A DNA stretch of 64,000 nucleotides from an uncultured virus (IMG/VR IMGVR_UViG_3300032069_000008) (IMGVR_UViG_3300032069_000008), one strand, 5' to 3'. Counted from the stretch's first letter, positions 1 through 8,923 are shown. Program-made: numbers and translations. The notes: generated by a model from the letters alone, not told the origin.

Positions 1-581
1 ATATTATGAGCAACCACAACTATGCAAAAGAGTACGTAGTATATGTAACCGTAGCTATCTGTTGTTATGTGGAGAGGGCTATGCTCTCCAAGATACCTCC
101 TGTTATAACATTTTTTAAATATCATATGTAGCCGTAACTGCAAGAAAGGTATCCTTTGAATAGTTGACTAAAGCAACTACGTACATAACTATATATCTTC
201 ATAGTATCCACTAATCAGAACTCCCATTTGCGACTGGGTTGCCAGCATCCTCATCATCTGGGTTCATAGGAGGTTTGCACTTTCTTTCATTTCTCAGAAC
301 GGGCTTTTGCTTCCTCTTGTGTTGTTCATTTAAAGACAACCAAGTTCCCGATATTGGATAAGTTCTTTGCCTAACTCCTCATCGAGATATGGATTGATGC
401 TGGTCAACGCCATCAGGGTGTTGTAATTCCTGCATGGGAAATCAGCAAAGGACAATTAATACAAACGTACATTATAAACTTTTTCCAGAAAAACCAAAAC
501 TAAACCTTTATGAATACTTCCCGTGATTCTTCCATGCGAGACTCTATTTAATACATCAATGTAACATTAACGTGAGGGAGA

Positions 582-1031
582 ATGGAACGAAAGGTTAGTA
601 CCCTGAAAAAGAGGAGATACGAAGTACTGCGATACCTTTACAACAATCCGCTTAGTAATAAAGAACTACTATCCATGGTGAACATGGAACAGAGAGAATT
701 GATAAGTGTAGAGAGCAATCTATTAAGGTATGGTGCAATAGAAAAAGAAACAATCGTTCAAGAAATAGAGCCAAGTGAGGAGACAAAAGTGGCGGCAGAG
801 GCCATGGGTGTCCCCCCTAAAGAAGAAAAGAAAGTAACAAGATATGTCATGACAGAACATGGTCTCAACCTACTGGCGTTTTACGAATATATTTCAGAAT
901 TAGGAAACTACATCTCATTCCCAAGCATCTTTGAGAGTGACGATTACCGCAAAGACATGTGGGGGCGAATACAAAAAAAAGAATACTTCAGAAGCCTCTA
1001 CAACTATTACCATCCAGACCATCCCGCTTAG
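582..1031 (+). CDS. Winged-helix DNA-binding protein (MarR/ArsR-like)
   Basis: Helical N-terminus and a YVMTEHG wing motif; lies between the iteron clusters. Confidence 0.55.
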   Translation: MERKVSTLKKRRYEVLRYLYNNPLSNKELLSMVNMEQRELISVESNLLRYGAIEKETIVQEIEPSEETKVAAEAMGVPPKEEKKVTRYVMTEHGLNLLAFYEYISELGNYISFPSIFESDDYRKDMWGRIQKKEYFRSLYNYYHPDHPA

Positions 1032-1372
1032 TCTCAAAATCTCATAAAATAAAAAAGTGATATTATGGAATACATTACTGAAAAAGAAAATCTCACAATC
1101 AGTATCTTTTTGCTATATATACACATTTTACTATACTTAGAGCGAGTTTTTGAAAAAATAAGAGGGATTTGATGACCAAAACAGAATTACAGAAATGGGA
1201 ATCGTTTTTAGATGGTCTCAGACTACTTGCTGGTTTGTTGAAACAGTAATCTCAGATATCATATGTAGCCGTAAAGAGACTGACGGGAGAAAACACAATT
1301 ACGGTTACATACTAAAATGTCTCAAAATCGCAGTTTTTTACTATAAACATACGTAATCGTAAACTCAAAGTC

Positions 1373-2671
1373 TCAAATTATTTTATAATTCTTCATAAAA
1401 TGTGAATGAGCATCTTCGATTCCCCAATCGTTCTTTATGATTTCTGAAATTGCAGTATATATTTTATCAAAATCCTTTTCCTCTATATGAAAATATTTAA
1501 GTTGCCCACTTGCACGACCGCATCCCTTGATGCCCGTACTGAACAAACCCTGGGCTTCTAACTTTTTCATTACCGTCTCTAATATGTGTCGTTGTGTCCT
1601 CTCTTCTAATGTTTTTGCACCCTTTCCGCCATTTGCATTTATCTCATCTTTAAATGATTCATAGCCACACCACACAGCATCAGTTGTAACTGCAAATCTA
1701 TCTCTTGGTTTCTTCTTTTGAATTTGCGCAATTACATACAATAAAATCTTTTGTATGTCATTCAAACTATTAATTATTTCAACAGTCCCTTCCATCTCAG
1801 TGATTCTTAACACGGCCGACAAATCTTCTTTTGTGATTTTATGCCTGCCATGATTCGTTACATATGAACCAACCGCGGAAAAAACCTTAAACACGGTGCG
1901 TAAATCATGCGAACAATCAGATACTTCATTGGCAAATTTTGCAACAGTTTCCAACTCTACAACATTTGGTTGAAAACCTGCACAGCATCGTTCCCATAAA
2001 ATATCACAAATCTCTCCTGCGGCATAATCCTTGAAACAAATACGTGTAGGTATAAATGAAGAACGTGTAGACGGGTCTATATTTGAATCTAAATTTGGCT
2101 TATTTGCAATGACAACACAACCAACCGTTTGCTTAATTCCCCATCGTTCATGTAATCTTGAAAAATCACCAAACAAACAATCATGCGGGTTGGTGTAGGG
2201 GACGCTTGGCAATATCTTATCAATTTCATCGAAAATGAAACAGGTATTTGTTCCCTTCAGGCCATTTACAATATATGGGAAAATCTCACCCGGCTTCTTT
2301 TTCCCAACTTTTAATTCAGGAACATATTTTTGTGCAAGTACCCCTATTACACCAGGGTATGTTAATTTTTGGCAGTTTATCATGACAAAATTGAATGGCA
2401 ATGCATCTTGTTTTGCATGTTCATTGAAACCCTCAATGAGCTTACAAACCATGTGGGTCTTTCCTGTTCCAGGTGGTCCAGAGATGTAGACGTGTATGTT
2501 GGTTTTATCATAGAAACTTGAAAATATGTTGCCAATTAAATTCCATTCCTTCTCTCTAAACCTAAAAACATCAGGGATATAAGACGGTGAAAAAACAGAA
2601 GCATCCCTATAAATCGCACCCTTTTTCATAAAAAATTCATCAAATGTCAATAATTTTGTTTTCCCCATCAT
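1373..2671 (-). CDS. cdc6: Cdc6/Orc1 replication initiator (AAA+ plus winged helix)
   Basis: N-terminal FSPSYIPD..RE motif, Walker A GPPGTGKT, Walker B FIFDEID, F..Y...EI..IL..R motif, HDLR (GDxR-like), C-terminal wHTH. Confidence 0.92.
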   Translation of the reverse strand: MMGKTKLLTFDEFFMKKGAIYRDASVFSPSYIPDVFRFREKEWNLIGNIFSSFYDKTNIHVYISGPPGTGKTHMVCKLIEGFNEHAKQDALPFNFVMINCQKLTYPGVIGVLAQKYVPELKVGKKKPGEIFPYIVNGLKGTNTCFIFDEIDKILPSVPYTNPHDCLFGDFSRLHERWGIKQTVGCVVIANKPNLDSNIDPSTRSSFIPTRICFKDYAAGEICDILWERCCAGFQPNVVELETVAKFANEVSDCSHDLRTVFKVFSAVGSYVTNHGRHKITKEDLSAVLRITEMEGTVEIINSLNDIQKILLYVIAQIQKKKPRDRFAVTTDAVWCGYESFKDEINANGGKGAKTLEERTQRHILETVMKKLEAQGLFSTGIKGCGRASGQLKYFHIEEKDFDKIYTAISEIIKNDWGIEDAHSHFMKNYKII

Positions 2672-2792
2672 TCACCAAACAGCAAATAAGTAGCCAATTA
2701 ATAAAGTTTACGAATACATTTGCTGTGCGTTGATATGTATATGAATTATACGTAGTCGTAATAGTTAAATACTCAAAACACGTTTCTATTTT

Positions 2793-3416
2793 ATGAAAAA
2801 CAACGAACTACAGGAACTTGGAGAACGGCTTAGAGCAAGCGACATCAAGACCATATCAACAACAGACTTTTTTAAGCTACTCAGAAAAGCTACAAACACC
2901 ATGGGTGAGAAACAACTAAAGAACTACCTAAGAATGTTAAGAGATGACGGGTATGTGCGTTTTAGCAGCATGGGCGTATGGGAAGTCATCCACGAAGAGA
3001 AGAAGGAAAAACTGATAATTGAAAAAAAAGACAAACCGATACAAACAAATAAGCAACTAGACCAGCAGTTACAAGCAGTTAAAAAAGCAACGATACTAAA
3101 TCCGATGGACGAGCGAAACAAGATGGTACTTATTAAAGACGAAAAGCAGTACAAACAACAGATATACCAACTTGTCGATAAACTAGAGGATGAAAAAGAA
3201 CGGCACAACCATGTCTCAAAGCAGAAAGGCATACGAATCCTTTGGGCAGACCCTTTCGAATACCATATTGTCTGCGAGGCGTGTTACCAACAATCACCAG
3301 AGCTTCATGGACGAACGGGACGTGTGCCAATGGAACAAATATTGGCTTACAAACCAACCGTCTGTGAGTATTGTGGTGCAAAACTGGAGAAAGACAATGA
3401 CACCACCAAAGAGTAA
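2793..3416 (+). CDS. Hypothetical protein with N-terminal wHTH-like region and C-terminal Zn ribbon
   Basis: CEAC...CEYC pairs; divergent from cdc6 with a TATA-like TTAAATA upstream. Confidence 0.6.
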   Translation: MKNNELQELGERLRASDIKTISTTDFFKLLRKATNTMGEKQLKNYLRMLRDDGYVRFSSMGVWEVIHEEKKEKLIIEKKDKPIQTNKQLDQQLQAVKKATILNPMDERNKMVLIKDEKQYKQQIYQLVDKLEDEKERHNHVSKQKGIRILWADPFEYHIVCEACYQQSPELHGRTGRVPMEQILAYKPTVCEYCGAKLEKDNDTTKE

Positions 3417-3612
3417 AACAACATCAGAGGCAATCCTAACTTACTGCAAGGAAAACGACAAGAAATATTTTACTACAAAATATGATGCAAAACACATAAT
3501 CAACAAGGAAACAAATCTACCGTATGCCGTGCATGAAATTGGATGTGGCATACGATATTTGCTCAAAAATAGAGCGATAAAACGCATCAGTAGAAACAGA
3601 TATGAGATGTGA
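3397..3612 (+). CDS. Small wHTH-like hypothetical protein
   Basis: Internal ATG of track ORF 3190-3612, overlapping the upstream stop. Confidence 0.5.
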   Translation: MTPPKSKTTSEAILTYCKENDKKYFTTKYDAKHIINKETNLPYAVHEIGCGIRYLLKNRAIKRISRNRYEM

Positions 3613-3905
3613 TTATGGAGGAACTAAAGATACTTGGCGAGAAAATAACAATACTTGGCAAAGAATACGATGTGAAATTCCCAAAGGAGTTCCCGATAAA
3701 AGATTTTAAAATGTTCCTCAAGATGCACAAGGACGACCCGTTTGACGACTATTTTGAAATGATGGACCACTTTCAAGCCGTCCTTTTCATGAAATATAAC
3801 AAGGATTTATTCATCAAGATGATGGTAGAGGAAGCGGTCAAACTAAATAAACTATATTTGTTAGGAATCAAAAACTGGTTTGGCAGGAACATACCATTAG
3901 TTTAA
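3609..3905 (+). CDS. Hypothetical protein
   Basis: ORF coupled to the upstream gene. Confidence 0.55.
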   Translation: MIMEELKILGEKITILGKEYDVKFPKEFPIKDFKMFLKMHKDDPFDDYFEMMDHFQAVLFMKYNKDLFIKMMVEEAVKLNKLYLLGIKNWFGRNIPLV

Positions 3906-4118
3906 CTTCAAGTTAGATAAGACGTGAGACAGGTGAGAGCATATCGTTGGAAAATGGCGGGTATCTACCAGCATTTGGAAACAGATAGGGATTAGATTTT
4001 CGTCCTGATTCTTTTGAGAAATGCGTATATCCGCCCACCTGCACGGTATCTTATGCGAAAGAATGCGAATTAATGCATTGTTAATGCGCATTAGCAATTG
4101 TTAATAAAAGGTCAGTAA

Positions 4119-4499
4119 ATGCGTGAAGAATTAAAAAAGATACGAGAAACAAGGAAGACATTCATCGCAACTTTCAAGAGATTTGGCAAAAAGAAGAGGT
4201 ACAAACCAAAATTATTGAACGGTGAATGGGTCGATTATGATGAAACAATATTGCTGATTGATGTAAAAAAATCAATGGGTACACATGTTGCCGACCATTT
4301 GTGGATTAACCATACCAAAGAATTTGATGAGTTGGGCGAAATAGAGGAAGGAGAAAAGATAAGTTTTCAGGCAAGAGTTAAACCATATGTTAAAGGATAT
4401 TTCGCCGCAAGAGAAGGGATAGATGACCTTACCGTTGATTATACTTTGAGATATCCAACAAAATTCAGAAAAATAAAAGAAAAAATCACAAAACTTTAA
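4119..4499 (+). CDS. Virus-type hypothetical protein (possible OB fold)
   Basis: DHLWI...F.ARV..Y.KGY pattern. Confidence 0.6.
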   Translation: MREELKKIRETRKTFIATFKRFGKKKRYKPKLLNGEWVDYDETILLIDVKKSMGTHVADHLWINHTKEFDELGEIEEGEKISFQARVKPYVKGYFAAREGIDDLTVDYTLRYPTKFRKIKEKITKL

Positions 4500-4523
4500 C
4501 ACCTTTTAAAGTATTACAGAGTG

Positions 4524-5361
4524 ATGCCTGATTTAAAAACAAAGACGCAAATAGATATTAATGGAGTATACTACGACTTTGAGTTATACCAGATGGATGC
4601 TGGCGTTATTAATGGTTTTAAATTTGACAATAGAATATTTTTAGATGTCGAGAAGGTCAAAGAGTCGATTGAATTGTTTATCCAGATGTCAAAGTCGAAT
4701 TTCTTTGATAAACAAGACGAAAAGGTTACTGAAGAAGAAAAGCCAATAGAAAAACCAAACGACGTTTGGACTAAAGAGGCGGACAACACACTCAGGAAAG
4801 TCTATCCCAACATGTCGGCCCCAGACATTGTAAAGAGTGGAGTACTCCCAAATCGCTCTGAGCAAGCAATCTATGACCGGGGCAAACTTTCTTGGGGTAC
4901 AAAAAGCAAAACCCATTTTCATCCCCTCATCTGAAAAAGTTTGTTCCCGATGCGGAATATCAAAACCCCTTTCTGGATTTAACAAATCTAAAAAAGACAA
5001 GTTAGGCGTTCAAAATACTTGCAGAACTTGTCAAGGGATATATTTCAAAGAACGTATAAAAAATATAAAACTTAAAAAAGCTAAACAAACCTTGCTGAAG
5101 AAGCAACTTTTTACTCCTGTCACTTCAATAGAAAAACCTGAACAAATAAAAGCCTTACCAACTAAAATAGGTACACCTGACAACACTTCATTGTTTTTAA
5201 ATTGGATTAACAAGGACAATAAAAAGCAATTTGACATACGTGATTTTATAAAAGAGTATCCTGATGTGATTACCATGGAATCCGCCAAAGCCATCATGTC
5301 GCATCAAATCACTAAGAATATGCTACAACAGTTATCAAATACAGCATTTAAAGTCGTGTAA
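4524..5361 (+). pseudogene. Frameshifted gene: Myb-like HTH, C4 Zn finger and wHTH
   Basis: ORFs 4521-4934 and 4837-5361 join if one G is removed from GGGG at 4879-4882, giving RSEQAIYDRANFLGVQK; CSRC...CRTC finger follows. Confidence 0.6.
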
Positions 5362-5694
5362 ACATTCAAAACCGATTTTGAACAAACTTATATAGAATGG
5401 ACACAAAAATTGCTTATTTTCAATCCTTTAAATACTGCATTCAAAATGGATTATCAATCAATTTAAATACTTGTTGTTAAACTACACGGCGTTCACTATC
5501 GCAGATACCCTACTGCGATTGTTCAATGATTGTGTTATAATGCACAACTAATGGCACATTTTTGTGTAGTATATAGCAACATTTAAAACAAACTAATCTA
5601 TTTTTGCTTGGGTGAGCTGAGGGACAATAAATCCCATAAAGATACTCCAGTATCATAAAATCACCTCCCTCAAACTCACCCCTCACGGATATAT

Positions 5695-5853
5695 ATGAGG
5701 CACAAGCATATTAGAAAGAACATGGCGAACAAGGGCAAATTTTGTTCCACACCCGGTTGCCACAAGAAAGCAAAAGTTAAAGGCATGTGCCAATCCTGTT
5801 ATGAGAACACCCGTAATCGAAAATCGAAGAGCAAATGTAATGAAAAAGATTAA
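5695..5853 (+). CDS. 52-aa Zn-finger protein (not in ORF track)
   Basis: Translates as MRHKHIRKNMANKGKFCSTPGCHKKAKVKGMCQSCYENTRNRKSKSKCNEKD. Confidence 0.55.
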   Translation: MRHKHIRKNMANKGKFCSTPGCHKKAKVKGMCQSCYENTRNRKSKSKCNEKD

Positions 5854-5989
5854 AAACTCCAAATCTATTATTTTTTTGAGGCAATTGCCTTGCCTCACAG
5901 TTATCCCATTCCCTCCTATGTGAGGAAGAGGGGCTGGAGAGTTGTCCTGTGAACTACGTTTCCAGCCCTTAGTATACTTCTTTTGTAGC

Positions 5990-6007
5990 AGTTTTTAAGT
6001 AGATAGA
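5990..6007 (+). promoter_or_regulatory. Archaeal TATA-containing promoter, AGTTTTTAAGTAGATAGA
   Basis: Identical 18-mer at 11024-11041; each copy lies about 40 nt upstream of an operon-leading ATG. Confidence 0.65.
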
Positions 6008-6032
6008 TATAGATTTAGTTTTGTGATAATAA

Positions 6033-6335
6033 ATGGAAGAAAAACTAAAATACAAAAAGTTACCCGATAGATACGTAACTACAACTACAATCACCAAGCA
6101 AATAGAAATAGAAGGCATTGTATTTGATGCCACTTCTAAATTATGCAATTTATTAGAAGAACTTGAAAGTTGTGATGGATATTTTGAACGGCTGAATATA
6201 ACTGGGGATGTGGGAAAAAAATTAGAAAAATTAGGGGTTGCTAGTAAAAGCAATCGTGGCAGTTATTCTCCACATAATAAAAAGAAACTTAAAGAATTTA
6301 AGGAACTTATATGTGACGTGGCATATACTGATTAA
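6033..6335 (+). CDS. Hypothetical protein
   Basis: ORF directly downstream of the promoter. Confidence 0.6.
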   Translation: MEEKLKYKKLPDRYVTTTTITKQIEIEGIVFDATSKLCNLLEELESCDGYFERLNITGDVGKKLEKLGVASKSNRGSYSPHNKKKLKEFKELICDVAYTD

Positions 6336-6345
6336 AAGGCGAATT

Positions 6346-6702
6346 ATGGTAAATGTGGAAGTATTGTGCAATCAGATAATTATCAAAAAAGATGGAACGA
6401 TTAGTTTTAGACCAGATAAACCAACGACAGACACAAAAATTGACGAACTCATTAAGAAATACCCTGAGAAGGCATTTCTCAGAAAATCTTATGAATACAA
6501 TCGCTGGTTTAAGCATTTTCAAGATATGAACCATGACCTGACGTATGCTTTTAAAAACCCAAATATCACTATTCATGGTCCAGAAATATTTACTAGACAT
6601 AGAGATTTTCCAGAGGAAATAAAATTGAATGGATTATGGCATTGCAACATCAATGGCAGAACCGAATGGGTGTATTGTACAAAGGCAAAGAAACTTTTTT
6701 GA
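6346..6702 (+). CDS. Hypothetical protein
   Basis: ATG chosen within track ORF 6238-6702. Confidence 0.55.
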   Translation: MVNVEVLCNQIIIKKDGTISFRPDKPTTDTKIDELIKKYPEKAFLRKSYEYNRWFKHFQDMNHDLTYAFKNPNITIHGPEIFTRHRDFPEEIKLNGLWHCNINGRTEWVYCTKAKKLF

Positions 6703-6721
6703 ATATTTAAAGAGGAAATAA

Positions 6722-7393
6722 ATGGGTCTAACTATTCAATGGGCTGTGAGATGCAATGATGAAAAATGCATACAGCGAGTGTTCGATAGTTTGAAAAAGT
6801 TGGACAATACTTTTTTTGTGCAAGAAACAAAGTTGTCTATTGTTGCATGTACCGGAAAACAAGGTGAGACGGGAGTTTGCGTACCTCTGATTTTTGAGCC
6901 ATGGGAAAAGGCGTTGAAACAGTCTTATGTTATGCAGAGAGCAAGGTTTAAGTTATATGGTTTCGATGACCCCGTGTTTGAAGGAGAAGGTCCTTTCGGC
7001 CACCGGATGCCCGATAATATGATGAAACTGATTGATGGGCGGGAAGGAACATGCTCATGGGAAACACTCAAAGGTGAACCAGTTTTGGGCAAGGAAGGAT
7101 ACCAGACAGGAAATCATTCAAAAACACAATATGCGGGTATCGAACATCATTTGAGGACATGTAAGATATTAGATACAATCAGGGAAAATGCAGACAAAAC
7201 GGTAATCGGCGATGATGGTCATTACTGTGGCGAAGGCGACAAGCACAATATGGCTGAACTTATGGATAATTTTGAAGAGTATACTGAGTTAATGATAACT
7301 ATAGGCGGTAAACTAAGAAAGGCAGGATGGAACGACAAAGGCATATCCGGTAAAGGTGAAGAGACCTACCAGAGGACAAAGGCAGGCAAATAA
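6722..7393 (+). CDS. Hypothetical protein (mobile-element type)
   Basis: GAGG ribosome-binding site; KTQYA...H...LD...DDG.Y pattern. Confidence 0.6.
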   Translation: MGLTIQWAVRCNDEKCIQRVFDSLKKLDNTFFVQETKLSIVACTGKQGETGVCVPLIFEPWEKALKQSYVMQRARFKLYGFDDPVFEGEGPFGHRMPDNMMKLIDGREGTCSWETLKGEPVLGKEGYQTGNHSKTQYAGIEHHLRTCKILDTIRENADKTVIGDDGHYCGEGDKHNMAELMDNFEEYTELMITIGGKLRKAGWNDKGISGKGEETYQRTKAGK

Positions 7394-7412
7394 TAGTATT
7401 TTTGTGATAGAT

Positions 7413-7988
7413 ATGGAACTCGAACCCGGTCTTACAAACTATATAAAAGGCATAAAGTATCTCAAACGAGATAATCCTGAATATGTTGCGTATTATGATT
7501 TCATCCTAAATAATTCAAAGGAGAAAAAAAGAGGTCCACTAACTGAAGAAGCAGAAAAGGAACTTCAAAATCTGGGAAAATATCCGATTAAGGAATGCTA
7601 TCGAAACGCACAAACGCTTTCCATCTGCAATAAAGACATAAAATATATTGAAGGGTGGGTAGAACCAACAGACATTCCAATTCCTATAGAACATGCATGG
7701 AATGAATATAAAGGAAAAATAATAGATGTGACGTTGAAACAACGCAACGCAACGGACTTCTCCATTTGGGACGTCTCAGAACTGAGAAAAGAATTGGCAG
7801 AAAGAACTCACGAAGATGCAACATATCTTGGTGTTGAAATACCAACTATTTATGTTGCTAAATCAGTTTTAAAACTAAAAATGCACACAACATTGCTCCC
7901 CCACTTCTTTTTCAACTGTATCGTTCCAAAGAAGAGGAATGAATTAGTACCAGAAGAATGCGGCGACATGAAAAATTATAAATTTTGA
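7413..7988 (+). CDS. Putative transglutaminase/papain-like (Cys-His-Asp) protein
   Basis: ECYRNA...YIEGW...EHAWN...IIDVT motif order. Confidence 0.5.
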   Translation: MELEPGLTNYIKGIKYLKRDNPEYVAYYDFILNNSKEKKRGPLTEEAEKELQNLGKYPIKECYRNAQTLSICNKDIKYIEGWVEPTDIPIPIEHAWNEYKGKIIDVTLKQRNATDFSIWDVSELRKELAERTHEDATYLGVEIPTIYVAKSVLKLKMHTTLLPHFFFNCIVPKKRNELVPEECGDMKNYKF

Positions 7989-7994
7989 ATAAAA

Positions 7995-8069
7995 CGCATG
8001 GGAACGGATTTGAACCATTATCTTTCCGATTAACAGTCGGAAGCATTAGCCAGGTTATGCTACCCATGC
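7995..8069 (-). tRNA. tRNA-Asn(GTT)
   Basis: Acceptor GCATGGG/CCCATGC, loop CTGTTAA, T-loop TTCAAAT, G73. Confidence 0.92.
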
Positions 8070-8070
8070 A

Positions 8071-8142
8071 TGTAGATGTAGGGATTTGAACCCTAACATA
8101 TGGCTCCACAGACCATAATGCTACCATTACATCACATCTACC
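8071..8142 (-). tRNA. tRNA-His(GTG), possible encoded G-1
   Basis: Acceptor GTAGATG/CATCTAC, loop CTGTGGA. Confidence 0.9.
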
Positions 8143-8145
8143 ATA

Positions 8146-8217
8146 TGCCCCTGAAGGGAGTCGAACCCTCATCTTTGGATTAGAAGTCCATGATACTATC
8201 CACTATACTACAAGGGC
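8146..8217 (-). tRNA. tRNA-Arg(TCT)
   Basis: Acceptor GCCCTTG/CAGGGGC, loop CTTCTAA. Confidence 0.88.
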
Positions 8218-8218
8218 A

Positions 8219-8292
8219 TGGGTCTGTCAAGATTTGAACTTGAGTATCCGAGTTCCAGGCTCGGGAGGATAACCAGACTACCTCACAGACCC
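8219..8292 (-). tRNA. tRNA-Pro(TGG)
   Basis: Acceptor GGGTCTG/CAGACCC, arm CCGAG-CCTGGAA-CTCGG (C33). Confidence 0.88.
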
Positions 8293-8295
8293 AAG

Positions 8296-8366
8296 TGGAA
8301 GTAATAGGAATTGGACCCATATCTCTGGTTTTGGAGACCAGCATGTTACCACTACACCATACCTCC
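8296..8366 (-). tRNA. tRNA-Trp(CCA), intronless
   Basis: Arm CTGGT-CTCCAAA-ACCAG; atypical T-loop TCCAATT. Confidence 0.82.
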
Positions 8367-8367
8367 A

Positions 8368-8442
8368 CGAGCGTGGTGAGATTTGAACTCACGACCTCTT
8401 AGTTCGAAGCCAAGCCATCTGTCCAAGCTGATATACACGCCC
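8368..8442 (-). tRNA. tRNA-Arg(TCG)
   Basis: Arm CTTGG-CTTCGAA-CTAAG. Confidence 0.9.
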
Positions 8443-8443
8443 A

Positions 8444-8516
8444 CGGACCCGATGGGACTTGAACCCACTTCTTCTCCTTCGCACGGAGAAAGACTATCCA
8501 GCTATCCTACGAGTCC
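8444..8516 (-). tRNA. tRNA-Arg(GCG)
   Basis: Arm TCTCC-GTGCGAA-GGAGA. Confidence 0.87.
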
Positions 8517-8520
8517 AAAA

Positions 8521-8592
8521 TCTGGATGAACGGACTCGAACCGATATTTATTCGGTCTACAGCCGAACGCATAACCTTTCTGCCACATCCAG
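8521..8592 (-). tRNA. tRNA-Tyr(GTA), archaeal type
   Basis: C1:G72, A73, short variable loop, loop CTGTAGA. Confidence 0.9.
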
Positions 8593-8594
8593 AG

Positions 8595-8692
8595 TGCGAG
8601 TGGGAGGATTTGAACCTCCGTTCTCAGCTTTATCAGAGCTGTGCGGTGCCAGATTATAAGTCTGGTGCGAAACCAAGCTACGCCACACTCGC
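8595..8692 (-). tRNA. tRNA-Ile with two tandem anticodon arms (TAT and GAT)
   Basis: 98 nt: GCGAGTG TG GCG-TAGCTTGGTTT-CGC A CCAGA-CTTATAA-TCTGG CACCGCA CAGCT-CTGATAA-AGCTG AGAAC GGAGG-TTCAAAT-CCTCC CACTCGC A. Confidence 0.85.
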
Positions 8693-8694
8693 AA

Positions 8695-8769
8695 CGAACC
8701 TGGGGAGATTTGAACTCCCGACAACCTGCTTAAAAGGCAGGCGTGTTGACCTAGCTACACTACAGGTTC
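8695..8769 (-). tRNA. tRNA-Lys(TTT)
   Basis: Arm CCTGC-CTTTTAA-GCAGG. Confidence 0.92.
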
Positions 8770-8772
8770 ATA

Positions 8773-8846
8773 CGGACCTAAAGGGATTCGAACCCTTGAC
8801 TTCTGGATTAAGAGTCCAGCACGCTACCTAGCTACGTTATAGGTCC
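8773..8846 (-). tRNA. tRNA-Lys(CTT)
   Basis: Arm CTGGA-CTCTTAA-TCCAG. Confidence 0.92.
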
Positions 8847-8848
8847 AG

Positions 8849-8922
8849 AGACTCTCCCCTGATTTGAACAGGGAATCACCTGATTTGCAGTCAAGGGCGT
8901 TGCCAGATTCCGCCAGAGAGTC
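8849..8922 (-). tRNA. tRNA-Cys(GCA)
   Basis: Loop CTGCAAA, U73 discriminator. Confidence 0.92.
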
Positions 8923-8923
8923 A

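Larger units (their letters stand above)
42..2761. repeat. Dispersed 13-bp repeat TAYGTARYCGTAA (6 copies) around cdc6; candidate origin iterons
   Basis: Copies at 42-54 (last base G), 125-137, 1262-1274, 1299-1311 (inverted), 1350-1362 and 2749-2761. All lie in non-coding AT-rich DNA; 121-137 and 1258-1274 are identical over 17 bp. Confidence 0.7.

Noticed and set aside
8625..8670. BHB-mediated removal of one arm of the dual tRNA-Ile
   Set aside because: I tested the possible registers by eye and found no 4-bp central helix with two 3-nt bulges, so the mechanism is left open.
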